DNA from: Escherichia coli
Lineage (GTDB): Bacteria; Pseudomonadota; Gammaproteobacteria; Enterobacterales; Enterobacteriaceae
Assembly (NCBI RefSeq): GCF_009931435.1
Contig: NZ_CP043414.1
Direction: 5' to 3' (one strand)
Length of the DNA: 64,000 nt
The position numbers and the translations under genes were made by a program. This document shows, piece after piece, positions 16,064 through 29,400 of this stretch. The notes under the pieces were generated by a model. That model was given only the letters and a program-made list of their open reading frames with translations, was not told the origin of the DNA and made no database searches. Numbering within the stretch: position 1 is the stretch's first letter; the number at the start of each line of letters is the position of its first letter.

Positions 16064-17047
16064 GTGTTAAAAAAATATCTTCCCCTGCTGTTGCTCTGTA
16101 CAGCACCCGCTTTCGCTAAACCCGTTCTGACTGTTTATACCTACGATTCCTTCGCCGCCGACTGGGGGCCAGGTCCGGTGGTGAAAAAAGCCTTTGAAGC
16201 CGACTGTAATTGCGAACTGAAACTGGTGGCGCTGGAAGATGGCGTTTCGCTTCTCAACCGTCTGCGGATGGAAGGCAAAAACAGTAAAGCCGATGTGGTG
16301 CTGGGGCTGGATAACAATCTGTTAGATGCCGCCAGCAAAACCGGGCTGTTTGCTAAAAGCGGTGTGGCAGCGGATGCCGTTAACGTTCCCGGTGGCTGGA
16401 ATAATGACACTTTTGTCCCATTTGATTACGGCTACTTCGCCTTCGTCTATGACAAGAACAAACTGAAAAATCCGCCGCAAAGCCTGAAAGAATTGGTTGA
16501 AAGCGATCAGAACTGGCGAGTGATTTATCAGGATCCGCGTACCAGTACGCCGGGCCTGGGCCTGTTGTTGTGGATGCAAAAAGTCTATGGCGATGACGCC
16601 CCGCAAGCCTGGCAGAAGCTGGCGAAGAAAACCGTCACGGTCACCAAAGGCTGGAGCGAAGCCTACGGCCTGTTTTTAAAAGGCGAAAGCGATCTGGTAC
16701 TGAGTTACACCACCTCTCCGGCTTATCACATTCTCGAAGAGAAGAAAGATAACTACGCCGCCGCGAACTTCAGCGAAGGTCACTATTTGCAAGTGGAAGT
16801 CGCCGCCCGCACCGCTGCCAGCAAACAGCCGGAGCTGGCGCAAAAATTCCTCCAGTTTATGGTTTCTCCGGCTTTTCAGAATGCGATCCCAACCGGCAAC
16901 TGGATGTATCCGGTGGCAAACGTCACGCTGCCTGCCGGTTTTGAAAAATTGACCAAACCGGCAACCACGCTGGAGTTCACGCCAGCCGAGGTGGCGGCAC
17001 AACGTCAGGCATGGATTAGCGAATGGCAACGCGCCGTCAGCCGTTAA
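16064..17047 (+). CDS. thiB: Thiamine ABC transporter periplasmic binding protein
   Basis: GTG start preceded by GAGGTG; signal peptide then KPVLTVYTYDSF; 327 aa. Confidence 0.9.
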   Translation: MLKKYLPLLLLCTAPAFAKPVLTVYTYDSFAADWGPGPVVKKAFEADCNCELKLVALEDGVSLLNRLRMEGKNSKADVVLGLDNNLLDAASKTGLFAKSGVAADAVNVPGGWNNDTFVPFDYGYFAFVYDKNKLKNPPQSLKELVESDQNWRVIYQDPRTSTPGLGLLLWMQKVYGDDAPQAWQKLAKKTVTVTKGWSEAYGLFLKGESDLVLSYTTSPAYHILEEKKDNYAAANFSEGHYLQVEVAARTAASKQPELAQKFLQFMVSPAFQNAIPTGNWMYPVANVTLPAGFEKLTKPATTLEFTPAEVAAQRQAWISEWQRAVSR

Positions 17048-18633
17048 TTCCCGGCTGGTTAATTCCAGGCGTAAGCGCCGCTACGCTTGTGGTGGCGGTT
17101 GCACTGGCGGCATTTCTCGCCCTGTGGTGGAACGCGCCGCAGGGTGACTGGATGGCAATCTGGCAGGACAGCTACCTGTGGCATGTGGTGCGCTTCTCCT
17201 TCTGGCAGGCGTTTCTCTCGGCGCTGCTCTCTGTCGTACCCGCGATATTCCTCGCCCGCGCGCTCTATCGCAGGCGCTTTCCGGGTCGGCTGACGCTGTT
17301 GCGTCTGTGCGCAATGACCTTGATCCTCCCGGTGCTGGTTGCTGTTTTCGGCATTCTTAGCGTCTATGGTCGCCAGGGCTGGCTGGCATCACTCTGCCAA
17401 TCGCTCGGTCTGGAGTGGACCTTTTCGCCCTACGGCCTGCAAGGTATTTTGCTGGCGCACGTATTTTTTAATCTGCCGATGGCGAGCCGCTTATTACTCC
17501 AGGCACTGGAAAACATTCCCGGCGAACAACGTCAACTTGCCGCCCAGCTTGGGATGCGCGGCTGGCATTTTTTCCGCTTCGTCGAATGGCCGTGGTTACG
17601 GCGTCAAATCCCGCCGGTTGCCGCGCTTATCTTTATGCTCTGTTTCGCCAGCTTCGCCACCGTGCTATCGCTGGGCGGCGGTCCGCAGGCGACCACTATC
17701 GAGCTGGCAATCTATCAGGCGCTGAGTTACGACTACGATCCCGCCCGCGCGGCGATGCTGGCGCTGATCCAGATGATATGTTGCCTTGGGCTGGTGCTGT
17801 TGAGTCAGCGACTAAGTAAAGCCATTGCGCCCGGCACCACGCTGCTGCAAGGCTGGCGCGACCCGGACGACCGTCTGCATAGCCGCATTTGCGACACGGT
17901 GTTAATTGTGCTGGCGCTGCTGCTGTTGCTGCCACCGTTACTAGCGGTGATTGTCGATGGGGTAAATCGCCAGTTGCCAGAGGTGCTGGCACAACCGGTG
18001 CTGTGGCAGGCGCTGTGGACCTCGTTGCGTATTGCGCTGGCGGCAGGCGTATTATGCGTAGTGCTGACCATGATGCTGCTATGGAGCAGTCGCGAATTGC
18101 GGGCACGGCAAAAAATGCTGGCGGGTCAGGCGCTGGAGATGAGCGGAATGCTGATCCTCGCCATGCCGGGGATTGTGCTGGCAACGGGCTTCTTTTTACT
18201 GCTCAACAACACTATCGGCCTGCCGCAATCTGCTGACGGCATTGTGATTTTCACCAATGCGTTAATGGCGATCCCTTACGCACTGAAAGTGCTGGAAAAC
18301 CCGATGCGCGATATCACCGCGCGTTACAGTATGTTGTGTCAGTCGCTGGGGATTGAAGGCTGGTCGCGCTTAAAAGTGGTGGAACTGCGCGCCCTGAAAC
18401 GTCCGCTGGCGCAGGCGCTGGCCTTTGCGTGTGTGCTGTCGATTGGTGATTTTGGCGTGGTGGCGTTGTTCGGTAACGATGATTTCCGTACCCTGCCGTT
18501 TTATCTCTACCAGCAAATTGGCTCCTATCGTAGCCAGGACGGTGCGGTGACCGCGTTAATTCTGCTGCTGCTCTGTTTTCTGCTGTTTACCGTGATTGAA
18601 AAACTACCGGGGCGAAATGTTAAAACTGACTGA
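17023..18633 (+). CDS. thiP: Thiamine ABC transporter permease
   Basis: 536-aa polytopic membrane protein, overlaps thiB end. Confidence 0.9.
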   Translation: MATRRQPLIPGWLIPGVSAATLVVAVALAAFLALWWNAPQGDWMAIWQDSYLWHVVRFSFWQAFLSALLSVVPAIFLARALYRRRFPGRLTLLRLCAMTLILPVLVAVFGILSVYGRQGWLASLCQSLGLEWTFSPYGLQGILLAHVFFNLPMASRLLLQALENIPGEQRQLAAQLGMRGWHFFRFVEWPWLRRQIPPVAALIFMLCFASFATVLSLGGGPQATTIELAIYQALSYDYDPARAAMLALIQMICCLGLVLLSQRLSKAIAPGTTLLQGWRDPDDRLHSRICDTVLIVLALLLLLPPLLAVIVDGVNRQLPEVLAQPVLWQALWTSLRIALAAGVLCVVLTMMLLWSSRELRARQKMLAGQALEMSGMLILAMPGIVLATGFFLLLNNTIGLPQSADGIVIFTNALMAIPYALKVLENPMRDITARYSMLCQSLGIEGWSRLKVVELRALKRPLAQALAFACVLSIGDFGVVALFGNDDFRTLPFYLYQQIGSYRSQDGAVTALILLLLCFLLFTVIEKLPGRNVKTD

Positions 18634-19315
18634 TATCACCTGGCTTTATCACCATTTGCCGATGCGTTTTAGCTTAACGGTGGAACCCGGCGAGCAGGTG
18701 GCGATCCTCGGGCCAAGCGGCGCGGGTAAAAGTACCCTGCTAAATTTGATCGCCGGTTTTCTGACGCCAGCCAGCGGTTCGCTGACTATCGATGGTATTG
18801 ATCACACCACGACGCCGCCGTCACGCCGTCCGGTATCGATGCTGTTTCAGGAGAACAACCTGTTCAGTCACCTGACGGTCGCGCAGAACATCGGGCTGGG
18901 GCTTAATCCTGGATTGAAGCTGAACGCGGCGCAGCAGGAGAAAATGCATGCTATCGCCCGCCAGATGGGGATTGATAATTTAATGGCGCGATTACCGGGC
19001 GAGCTTTCTGGCGGTCAGCGACAGCGCGTGGCGTTAGCGCGTTGTCTGGTGCGCGAACAGCCGATTTTATTGCTCGATGAACCGTTCTCTGCGCTCGATC
19101 CGGCGTTACGTCAGGAGATGCTGACGCTGGTGAGCACGAGCTGCCAGCAGCAAAAAATGACGCTATTGATGGTGTCGCACAGTGTGGAAGATGCGGCGCG
19201 GATCGCCACACGCTCGGTGGTGGTCGCTGACGGGCGCATCGCCTGGCAGGGTAAGACTGAAGAATTGTTGAGCGGTAAGGCGAGTGCTTCGGCAATATTG
19301 GGGATTACGGGTTAG
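18617..19315 (+). CDS. thiQ: Thiamine ABC transporter ATPase
   Basis: Trimmed to conserved [18 protein letters not shown] start; Walker [13 protein letters not shown] signature LSGGQRQR. Confidence 0.9.
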   Translation: MLKLTDITWLYHHLPMRFSLTVEPGEQVAILGPSGAGKSTLLNLIAGFLTPASGSLTIDGIDHTTTPPSRRPVSMLFQENNLFSHLTVAQNIGLGLNPGLKLNAAQQEKMHAIARQMGIDNLMARLPGELSGGQRQRVALARCLVREQPILLLDEPFSALDPALRQEMLTLVSTSCQQQKMTLLMVSHSVEDAARIATRSVVVADGRIAWQGKTEELLSGKASASAILGITG

Positions 19316-19322
19316 TATGCAC

Positions 19323-19408
<86 letters not shown>

Positions 19409-19427
19409 AACCCGCACAGACTATCCC

Positions 19428-20192
19428 CTAAACCCCAACCACTTTCCGCAAAATATCGATATATACCGGCATCAACGGGTGGCGAATTAACACTACCAGC
19501 GCCACTACACCGACGGCAGAAATTAACGGTGCCAGCCACAACAAACGACCGCGCGACAAATAATGACTTAAACGGTCAGTCGCTTTACCACTGCGCCATA
19601 ACCGCCAGCACAGCCAGCCACCAACCCACAAAAACACCGCTGTTGCCAGCAGCAACCATTTAAACTCGCCACTCTGCATTCCGGCAGGAATATCGATCGC
19701 CGCGCCCGCCAGAATCCCCGGCAGGAAGTAAAACGGCGGCCATAACAGGCAGCCGATAATATTTGGCGTAATAAATTTCGCCACCGGGAGATCCAACATT
19801 CCCGCCACCATTGGCACCAGCGGACGCGTCGGGCCGACAAAACGACCGACCAGAATGGTAAACATGCTGTGTTGATGCAACGCATGTTCAGTTTTATCGA
19901 GTAATGCTTTGTTCTTCTTCAGAAACGACCAGCGATGCAACGGCTTTTTAAAACGCCAGCCCAGCCAGAAGGAGATCCAGTCGCCCAGCAGGCAACCGAC
20001 GATCCCTGCCAGCCAGGCGTGCCAGAAACTTAACTCGCCGCTGCCAATCAGCGCTCCCAGCCCCGCCATCAGCACCGTACCGGGTAGAATCAAACCGACC
20101 AGCGCCAGCGACTCCAGAAAGGCCACCAACACCACCGCCATCAATGAATACACGGTGGATTGGGTAATAAAGTGTTCCAGCAATGCTTGCAT
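19428..20192 (-). CDS. yabI: DedA-family inner membrane protein
   Basis: 254-aa ORF with multiple TM segments. Confidence 0.85.
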   Translation of the reverse strand: MQALLEHFITQSTVYSLMAVVLVAFLESLALVGLILPGTVLMAGLGALIGSGELSFWHAWLAGIVGCLLGDWISFWLGWRFKKPLHRWSFLKKNKALLDKTEHALHQHSMFTILVGRFVGPTRPLVPMVAGMLDLPVAKFITPNIIGCLLWPPFYFLPGILAGAAIDIPAGMQSGEFKWLLLATAVFLWVGGWLCWRLWRSGKATDRLSHYLSRGRLLWLAPLISAVGVVALVVLIRHPLMPVYIDILRKVVGV

Positions 20193-20277
20193 AATGTGCC
20201 TGTCAAATGGACGAAGCAGGGATTCTGCAAACCCTATGCTACTCCGTCAAGCCGTCAATTATCTGATTCGTTACCAA

Positions 20278-21156
20278 TTATGACAACTTGACGGCTACAT
20301 CATTCACTTTTTCTTCACAACCGGCACGGAACTCGCTCGGACTGGCCCCGGTGCATTTTTTAAATACTCGCGAGAAATAGAGTTGATCGTCAAAACCAAC
20401 ATTGCGACCGACGGTAGCGATAGGCATCCGTGTGGTGCTCAAAAGCAGCTTCGCCTGACTAATGCGTTGGTCCTCGCGCCAGCTTAAGACGCTAATTCCT
20501 AACTGCTGGCGGAACAGATGCGACAGACGCGACGGCGACAGGCAGACATGCTGCGCGACGCTGGCAATATCAAAATTGCTGTCTGCCAGGTGATCGCTGA
20601 TGTACTGACAAGCCTCGCGTACCCGATTATCCATCGGTGGATGGAGCGACTCGTTAATTGCTTCCATGCGCCGAAGTAACAATTGCTCAAGCAGATTTAT
20701 CGCCAGCAGCTCCGAATAGCGCCCTTCCCCTTGCCCGGCGTTAATGATTTGCCCAAACAGGTCGCTGAAATGCGGCTGGTGCGCTTCATCCGGGCGAAAG
20801 AAACCGGTATTGGCAAATATTGACGGCCAGTTAAGCCATTCATGCCAGTAGGCGCGCGGACGAAAGTAAACCCACTGGTGATACCATTCGCGAGCCTCCG
20901 GATGACGACCGTAGTGATGAATCTCTCCTGGCGGGAACAGCAAAATATCACCCGGTCGGCAGACAAATTCTCGTCCCTGATTTTTCACCACCCCCTGGCC
21001 GCGTATGGTGAGATTGAGAATATAACCCTTCATTCCCAGTGGTCGGTCGATAAAAAAATCGAGATATCCGTTGGCCTCAATCGGCGTTAAACCCGCCACC
21101 AGATGGGCGTTAAACGAGTATCCCGGCAGCAGGGGATCATTTTGCGCTTCAGCCAT
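20278..21156 (-). CDS. araC: Arabinose operon regulator AraC
   Basis: Frame 20278..21207 trimmed to conserved [23 protein letters not shown] start (292 aa). Confidence 0.95.
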
Positions 21157-21171
21157 ACTTTTCATACTCCC

Positions 21172-21201
21172 GCCATTCAGAGAAGAAACCAATTGTCCAT
21201 A
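21172..21201. promoter_or_regulatory. araO2 AraC half-site (DNA-looping operator) inside the araC leader
   Basis: GAAGAAACCAATTGTCCATA at the expected distance (about -265 to -294) from the PBAD start. Confidence 0.65.
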
Positions 21202-21321
21202 TTGCATTAGACATTGCCGTCACTGCGTCTTTTACTGGCTCTTCTCGCTAATCCAACCGGTAACCCCGCTTATTAAAAGCATTCTGTAACAAAGCGGGAC
21301 CAAAGCCATGACAAAAACGCG

Positions 21322-23196
<1,875 letters not shown>

Positions 23197-23206
23197 GGAC
23201 ACGACA

Positions 23207-24709
23207 ATGACAATTTTTGATAATTATGAAGTGTGGTTTGTAATTGGCAGCCAGCATCTGTATGGTCCGGAAACCCTGCGTCAGGTCACCCAACATGCCG
23301 AGCACGTCGTTAATGCGCTGAATACGGAAGCGAAACTGCCCTGCAAACTGGTGCTGAAACCGCTGGGCACCACGCCGGATGAAATCACCGCTATTTGCCG
23401 TGACGCGAATTACGACGATCGTTGCGCTGGTCTGGTGGTGTGGCTGCACACCTTTTCCCCGGCCAAAATGTGGATCAACGGCCTGACCATGCTCAACAAA
23501 CCGTTGCTGCAATTCCACACCCAGTTCAACGCGGCGCTGCCGTGGGATAGCATCGATATGGACTTTATGAACCTGAACCAGACTGCACATGGCGGTCGCG
23601 AGTTCGGCTTCATTGGCGCGCGTATGCGTCAGCAACATGCTGTCGTTACCGGTCACTGGCAGGATAAACAAGCACATGAGCGTATCGGCTCCTGGATGCG
23701 TCAGGCGGTCTCTAAACAGGATACCCGTCATCTGAAAGTTTGCCGCTTTGGCGATAACATGCGTGAAGTGGCGGTCACCGATGGCGATAAAGTTGCCGCA
23801 CAAATCAAATTCGGTTTCTCCGTCAATACCTGGGCAGTTGGCGATCTGGTGCAGGTGGTGAACTCCATCAGCGATGGCGATGTTAACGCGCTGGTCGATG
23901 AGTACGAAAGCTGCTACACCATGACGCCTGCGACACAAATCCACGGCGAAAAACGGCAGAACGTGCTGGAAGCTGCGCGTATTGAGCTGGGGATGAAGCG
24001 TTTCCTGGAACAAGGTGGCTTCCATGCGTTCACCACCACCTTTGAAGATTTGCACGGTCTGAAGCAGCTTCCAGGCCTGGCCGTGCAGCGTCTGATGCAG
24101 CAGGGCTACGGCTTTGCGGGCGAAGGCGACTGGAAAACTGCCGCCCTGCTTCGCATCATGAAAGTGATGTCAACCGGTCTGCAGGGCGGCACCTCCTTTA
24201 TGGAGGACTACACTTACCACTTCGAAAAAGGTAATGACCTGGTGCTCGGCTCCCATATGCTGGAAGTCTGTCCGTCGATCGCCGTAGAAGAGAAACCGAT
24301 CCTCGACGTTCAACACCTCGGGATTGGCGGTAAAGACGATCCTGCCCGCCTGATCTTCAATACCCAAACTGGTCCGGCGATTGTCGCCAGCTTGATTGAT
24401 CTCGGCGATCGTTACCGTCTGCTGGTTAACTGCATCGACACGGTGAAAACGCCGCACACCCTGCCGAAACTGCCGGTGGCGAATGCGCTGTGGAAAGCGC
24501 AGCCGGATCTACCAACCGCTTCCGAAGCGTGGATCCTTGCTGGTGGCGCGCACCACACCGTCTTCAGCCATGCGTTGAACCTCAACGATATGCGCCAGTT
24601 TGCCGAGATGCACGACATTGAAATCACGGTGATTAATAACGACACCCGCCTGCCAGCGTTTAAAGACGCGCTGCGCTGGAACGAAGTGTATTACGGATTT
24701 CGTCGCTAA
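23207..24709 (+). CDS. araA: L-arabinose isomerase
   Basis: 500-aa ORF. Confidence 0.95.
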   Translation: MTIFDNYEVWFVIGSQHLYGPETLRQVTQHAEHVVNALNTEAKLPCKLVLKPLGTTPDEITAICRDANYDDRCAGLVVWLHTFSPAKMWINGLTMLNKPLLQFHTQFNAALPWDSIDMDFMNLNQTAHGGREFGFIGARMRQQHAVVTGHWQDKQAHERIGSWMRQAVSKQDTRHLKVCRFGDNMREVAVTDGDKVAAQIKFGFSVNTWAVGDLVQVVNSISDGDVNALVDEYESCYTMTPATQIHGEKRQNVLEAARIELGMKRFLEQGGFHAFTTTFEDLHGLKQLPGLAVQRLMQQGYGFAGEGDWKTAALLRIMKVMSTGLQGGTSFMEDYTYHFEKGNDLVLGSHMLEVCPSIAVEEKPILDVQHLGIGGKDDPARLIFNTQTGPAIVASLIDLGDRYRLLVNCIDTVKTPHTLPKLPVANALWKAQPDLPTASEAWILAGGAHHTVFSHALNLNDMRQFAEMHDIEITVINNDTRLPAFKDALRWNEVYYGFRR

Positions 24710-24731
24710 GTAGCCGCATCAGGTATGTAAC

Positions 24732-24810
24732 GCCTGATGCGACGCTGACGCGTCTTATCTGGCCTACACGTTCCGATTTTGTAGGCCGGATAAGCAAAGC
24801 GCATCCGGCA
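24732..24810. repeat. REP elements (inverted pair) between araA and araD
   Basis: GCCTGATGCGACGCTGACGCGTCTTATCTGGCCTAC and GTAGGCCGGATAAGCAAAGCGCATCCGGCA. Confidence 0.75.
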
Positions 24811-24877
24811 TTCTTTTCCCCCTCGCCCCTTTGGGGAGAGGGCCGGGGTGAGGGGAAACGACCTCTCAGGAGTCAAC

Positions 24878-25573
24878 ATGTTAGAAGATCTCAAACGTCA
24901 GGTTTTAGAAGCCAACCTGGCGCTGCCAAAACACAACCTGGTCACGCTGACCTGGGGCAACGTCAGCGCCGTTGATCGCGAGCGCGGCGTCTTTGTAATC
25001 AAACCTTCCGGCGTCGATTACAACGTCATGACCGCTGACGATATGGTCGTGGTCAGCATCGAAACCGGTGAAGTGGTTGAAGGTACGAAAAAGCCCTCCT
25101 CCGACACGCCAACTCACCGGCTGCTCTATCAGGCATTCCCGTCCATTGGCGGCATTGTGCATACGCACTCCCGCCACGCCACCATCTGGGCGCAGGCGGG
25201 CCAGTCAATTCCGGCAACCGGCACCACCCACGCCGACTATTTCTACGGCACCATTCCCTGCACTCGCAAAATGACCGACGCAGAAATCAACGGCGAATAT
25301 GAGTGGGAAACCGGTAACGTCATCGTTGAAACTTTCGAAAAACAGGGTATCGACGCAGCGCAAATGCCTGGCGTTCTGGTCCATTCTCACGGCCCGTTTG
25401 CATGGGGTAAAAACGCTGAAGACGCAGTGCATAACGCCATCGTGCTGGAAGAAGTCGCTTATATGGGGATTTTCTGCCGCCAGCTTGCTCCGCAGTTACC
25501 GGATATGCAGCAAACATTGCTGGATAAACACTATCTGCGTAAGCATGGTGCGAAGGCATATTACGGGCAGTGA
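24878..25573 (+). CDS. araD: L-ribulose-5-phosphate 4-epimerase
   Basis: Frame 24848..25573 trimmed to conserved [19 protein letters not shown] start (231 aa). Confidence 0.95.
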   Translation: MLEDLKRQVLEANLALPKHNLVTLTWGNVSAVDRERGVFVIKPSGVDYNVMTADDMVVVSIETGEVVEGTKKPSSDTPTHRLLYQAFPSIGGIVHTHSRHATIWAQAGQSIPATGTTHADYFYGTIPCTRKMTDAEINGEYEWETGNVIVETFEKQGIDAAQMPGVLVHSHGPFAWGKNAEDAVHNAIVLEEVAYMGIFCRQLAPQLPDMQQTLLDKHYLRKHGAKAYYGQ

Positions 25574-25580
25574 TTTAAGA

Positions 25581-25612
25581 GAAGCATCTGGGTAACAGGT
25601 GCTTCTTTTTTA
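25581..25612 (+). terminator. Rho-independent terminator after araD (may act bidirectionally)
   Basis: GAAGCATCTG-GGTAA-CAGGTGCTTC stem followed by TTTTTTATT; the minus-strand 147-aa ORF ends 7 nt beyond it. Confidence 0.8.
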
Positions 25613-25619
25613 TTATCAC

Positions 25620-26063
25620 TCAGGCAGCAAGAAAAATTTCTGCCCCTATTCCCTCAATTAACAGTGCTTCTAATGAAGGGGCAATATACACCGCATCATC
25701 AAGATCTAAATTACCAAAACCGACGAGATATAAACCAAACCCCTCTTTTCCTTCGGCATAAAAAATCACTTTTCCGCCTTCATCATCGCCAATCGCCAGA
25801 GCGTGTGGAATATAATCCTGAATATGGTATGCGGCATTCATCTCACTACAGCCTGCGGCTCCCCAAATTCTGATATAAGACGTTGAATCCATCACTTTTA
25901 ATTCAACGTCTGCCATCAGAGTAATAAAGGTTAAATACTCATCAGGAATTGCAATGTGAAAATAATTTTTTATAAGTTGACCGAGTCCACTATAATCTAA
26001 TACGGGTTCCCATGACGCCAGCGTGAATTTTTCATGCAATTTAACAATAGGAAACTTACTCAT
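25620..26063 (-). CDS. Hypothetical protein, SUKH/SMI1-KNR4-like (candidate immunity protein); third gene of the islet operon
   Basis: 147-aa ORF; ATG with AAGGA SD; start overlaps upstream ORF stop (ATGA); motifs IPDEYLTFI, AIGDDEGGKVIFY, DDAVYIAPSLEALL resemble SUKH-family immunity proteins; AT-rich. Confidence 0.6.
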   Translation of the reverse strand: MSKFPIVKLHEKFTLASWEPVLDYSGLGQLIKNYFHIAIPDEYLTFITLMADVELKVMDSTSYIRIWGAAGCSEMNAAYHIQDYIPHALAIGDDEGGKVIFYAEGKEGFGLYLVGFGNLDLDDAVYIAPSLEALLIEGIGAEIFLAA

Positions 26064-26407
26064 TTCATCATCCTTTTCTTATACTTCTGGGGTAAAATAT
26101 CCGTTATAACGCCTTCACCTATAAATCCGGCTTCCCACAGCAGAAACTCACTGCCACAGCTGATCCACGGCATTACAAGTTCAGGATTTAAAAACGCCAT
26201 CTCAAGATTGTGTACCATTTCGCCAGGGTGAATCGTTTTTCCATAGCCGTCGATGTAAATCCGGCAGCCATAACCATATGAAGATAACTCATTAATCCCT
26301 TTAAAAAAGACAGGACAGCCGTAAAAACGGTTAGATGATAACAAAGGGCCACGATGCGATTTTTGCGTTGAAGAGTATAGTGTAATGGTAATCCGAACCT
26401 TTCTCAT
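26060..26407 (-). CDS. Hypothetical 115-aa protein; second gene of the islet operon
   Basis: ATG preceded by GGAGG SD 5 nt upstream; 12-nt spacer from upstream ORF; overlaps downstream ORF start; no recognisable family. Confidence 0.55.
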   Translation of the reverse strand: MRKVRITITLYSSTQKSHRGPLLSSNRFYGCPVFFKGINELSSYGYGCRIYIDGYGKTIHPGEMVHNLEMAFLNPELVMPWISCGSEFLLWEAGFIGEGVITDILPQKYKKRMMK

Positions 26408-26419
26408 CTTCCCTCCGAA

Positions 26420-26752
26420 TTAATTACGCTCTTCAATCAAATATGTCGTTTTATTAGTCCAGGCGATTATTTTATAGGGTCTGTTAATAATACCTTTCTG
26501 CGTATAATCAGCCATAATTTCTGATGGATACCAACCATAACCAAAGCAAAATAAAGCACCTACATTAATAAGCTCACTAATTACACTTAGTTTCTCATTT
26601 TCATTACTGGTATTTTTGCTAAATCGATCATTGTCGGCAGAAAAACCCAACCGTTGCATTTTTTCAACGTTATCATATCCGGTCACTACCGTTTCAATGA
26701 AATTATCACTTATGCTAACCACTATAATACAATCGCTCGGCAGTGTGTTCAT
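26420..26752 (-). CDS. Hypothetical 110-aa protein; first gene of the islet operon
   Basis: ATG with AAGGA/AGGGG SD; AT-rich; no recognisable family. Confidence 0.55.
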   Translation of the reverse strand: MNTLPSDCIIVVSISDNFIETVVTGYDNVEKMQRLGFSADNDRFSKNTSNENEKLSVISELINVGALFCFGYGWYPSEIMADYTQKGIINRPYKIIAWTNKTTYLIEERN

Positions 26753-26975
26753 TTCCCCTTGATCCTTCTAAAGTCATTTTTTCACCACAACAATGAATTC
26801 AATAGATATAATGAATATATGCAGCCATTTATATATAATTAGCATTACACCCTAATGCCTTAATATAACCCAAACAGAAATCGTCCGATAATCAGAAAAT
26901 GTAATCATTGAATAAAGCAGGAACCTTTTTATCGCATGAGAAACCGAAGATGGTTGATGCCGTTTCGTCAAACAT

Positions 26976-27035
26976 TACTGTACAAAATATCAGTGTTCAG
27001 TAAAAAACCAGGCTATAATCAAGCCTGGTTTTTTG
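26976..27035 (+). promoter_or_regulatory. polB (dinA) SOS control region: LexA box plus promoter-proximal perfect hairpin
   Basis: TACTGTACAAAATATCAGTG (CTG-N10-CAG) at 26976-26995; AACCAGGCT-ATAATCA-AGCCTGGTT hairpin followed by TTTTT ending about 14 nt before the polB GTG. Confidence 0.6.
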
Positions 27036-27048
27036 ATGGATTTTCAGC

Positions 27049-29400
27049 GTGGCGCAGGCAGGTTTTATCTTAACCCGACACTGGCGGGACACCCCGCAAG
27101 GGACAGAGGTCTCCTTCTGGCTGGCGACGGACAACGGGCCGTTGCAGGTTACGCTTGCACCGCAAGAGTCCGTGGCGTTTATTCCCGCCGATCAGGTTCC
27201 CCGCGCCCAGCATATTTTGCAGGGTGAACAAGGCTTTCGCCTGACGCCGCTGGCGTTAAAGGATTTTCATCGCCAGCCGGTGTATGGCCTTTACTGTCGC
27301 GCCCATCGCCAGTTAATGAATTACGAAAAGCGCCTGCGTGAAGGTGGCGTTACCGTCTACGAGGCCGATGTGCGCCCGCCAGAACGCTATCTGATGGAGC
27401 GGTTTATCACCTCACCGGTGTGGGTCGAGGGTGATATGCGCAATGGCGCTATCGTTAATGCCCGTCTGAAACCGCATCCCGACTACCGCCCGCCGCTCAA
27501 GTGGGTTTCTATTGATATTGAAACCACCCGCCACGGTGAACTGTACTGCATCGGTCTGGAAGGCTGCGGGCAGCGCATCGTTTATATGCTGGGGCCGGAG
27601 AATGGCGATGCCTCCGCGCTTGATTTCGAACTGGAGTACGTCGCCAGTCGTCCGCATCTGCTGGAAAAACTCAACGCCTGGTTTGCTAACCACGATCCCG
27701 ATGTGATCATCGGCTGGAACGTGGTGCAATTCGATCTGCGAATGCTGCAAAAACATGCCGAGCGTTATCGTATTCCGCTGCGGCTGGGGCGCGATAACAG
27801 TGAGCTGGAGTGGCGCGAGCACGGCTTTAAAAACGGTGTCTTTTTTGCCCAGGCCAAAGGGCGGCTAATTATCGACGGTATCGAGGCACTGAAATCCGCG
27901 TTCTGGAATTTCTCTTCATTCTCGCTGGAAACCGTCGCTCAGGAGTTATTAGGCGAAGGAAAATCTATCGATAACCCGTGGGATCGGATGGACGAAATTG
28001 ACCGCCGTTTCGCCGAAGATAAACCTGCGCTAGCAACTTATAACCTGAAAGATTGCGAACTGGTGACGCAGATCTTCCACAAAACTGAAATCATGCCGTT
28101 TTTACTCGAACGAGCGACGGTTAACGGCCTGCCGGTAGATCGGCACGGGGGATCGGTGGCGGCGTTTGGTCATCTCTATTTTCCGCGAATGCATCGCGCT
28201 GGTTATGTCGCGCCTAATCTCGGCGAAGTGCCGCCGCACGCCAGCCCTGGCGGCTATGTGATGGATTCGCGGCCTGGGCTTTATGATTCGGTACTGGTGC
28301 TGGACTATAAAAGCCTGTACCCGTCGATCATCCGCACCTTTCTGATTGATCCCGTCGGACTGGTAGAAGGTATGGCGCAGCCTGATCCAGAGCACAGTAC
28401 CGAAGGCTTTCTCGATGCCTGGTTCTCGCGGGAGAAACATTGCCTGCCGGAGATTGTGACTAACATCTGGCACGGGCGCGATGAAGCCAAACGCCAGGGC
28501 AATAAACCGCTGTCGCAGGCGCTGAAGATCATTATGAATGCCTTTTACGGCGTGCTCGGTACTACCGCCTGTCGCTTCTTCGATCCGCGCCTGGCATCGT
28601 CGATCACCATGCGTGGTCATCAGATCATGCGGCAAACCAAAGCGTTGATTGAAGCGCAGGGCTACGACGTGATCTACGGCGATACCGACTCAACGTTTGT
28701 CTGGCTGAAAGGCGCACATTCGGAAGAAGAAGCGGCGAAAATCGGTCGTGCACTGGTGCAGCACGTTAACGCCTGGTGGGCAGAAACGTTGCAACAGCAA
28801 CGGCTGACTAGCGCACTGGAATTGGAGTATGAAACCCATTTCTGCCGTTTTCTGATGCCAACCATTCGCGGAGCCGATACCGGCAGTAAAAAACGTTATG
28901 CCGGGCTGATTCAGGAGGGCGATAAGCAGCGGATGGTGTTTAAAGGGCTGGAAACCGTGCGCACCGACTGGACACCGCTGGCCCAGCAGTTTCAGCAGGA
29001 GCTATATCTACGTATCTTCCGCAACGAGCCATATCAGGAGTACGTCCGCGAAACCATCGACAAACTGATGGCTGGCGAACTGGATGCACGGCTGGTTTAC
29101 CGTAAACGCCTTCGCCGTCCACTGAGCGAATACCAGCGTAATGTGCCGCCTCATGTACGCGCCGCACGCCTTGCGGATGAAGAAAACCAAAAGCGCGGTC
29201 GCCCCTTGCAATATCAGAACCGCGGCACCATTAAGTACGTATGGACCACCAACGGCCCGGAGCCGCTGGACTACCAACGTTCACCGCTGGATTACGAACA
29301 CTATCTGACCCGCCAGCTACAACCCGTGGCGGAGGGAATACTCCCTTTTATTGAGGATAATTTTGCTACACTTATGACCGGGCAACTTGGGCTATTTTGA
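27049..29400 (+). CDS. polB: DNA polymerase II (B-family)
   Basis: 783-aa ORF, GTG start; exonuclease and polymerase motifs (YGDTDS). Confidence 0.95.
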   Translation: MAQAGFILTRHWRDTPQGTEVSFWLATDNGPLQVTLAPQESVAFIPADQVPRAQHILQGEQGFRLTPLALKDFHRQPVYGLYCRAHRQLMNYEKRLREGGVTVYEADVRPPERYLMERFITSPVWVEGDMRNGAIVNARLKPHPDYRPPLKWVSIDIETTRHGELYCIGLEGCGQRIVYMLGPENGDASALDFELEYVASRPHLLEKLNAWFANHDPDVIIGWNVVQFDLRMLQKHAERYRIPLRLGRDNSELEWREHGFKNGVFFAQAKGRLIIDGIEALKSAFWNFSSFSLETVAQELLGEGKSIDNPWDRMDEIDRRFAEDKPALATYNLKDCELVTQIFHKTEIMPFLLERATVNGLPVDRHGGSVAAFGHLYFPRMHRAGYVAPNLGEVPPHASPGGYVMDSRPGLYDSVLVLDYKSLYPSIIRTFLIDPVGLVEGMAQPDPEHSTEGFLDAWFSREKHCLPEIVTNIWHGRDEAKRQGNKPLSQALKIIMNAFYGVLGTTACRFFDPRLASSITMRGHQIMRQTKALIEAQGYDVIYGDTDSTFVWLKGAHSEEEAAKIGRALVQHVNAWWAETLQQQRLTSALELEYETHFCRFLMPTIRGADTGSKKRYAGLIQEGDKQRMVFKGLETVRTDWTPLAQQFQQELYLRIFRNEPYQEYVRETIDKLMAGELDARLVYRKRLRRPLSEYQRNVPPHVRAARLADEENQKRGRPLQYQNRGTIKYVWTTNGPEPLDYQRSPLDYEHYLTRQLQPVAEGILPFIEDNFATLMTGQLGLF

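Noticed and set aside
17696-18184. 162-aa minus-strand ORF and several plus-strand ORFs inside thiP
   Set aside because: Alternative frames of GC-rich membrane-protein coding sequence; Ala/Arg/Pro-rich low-complexity products.
26060-26752. ORF1 and ORF2 of the islet as fragments of one frameshifted gene
   Set aside because: Each has its own ATG and well-placed SD, ORF1 ends at a clean TAA 12 nt before the ORF2 start, and the two products share no contiguous sequence; kept as separate genes, but this remains possible.
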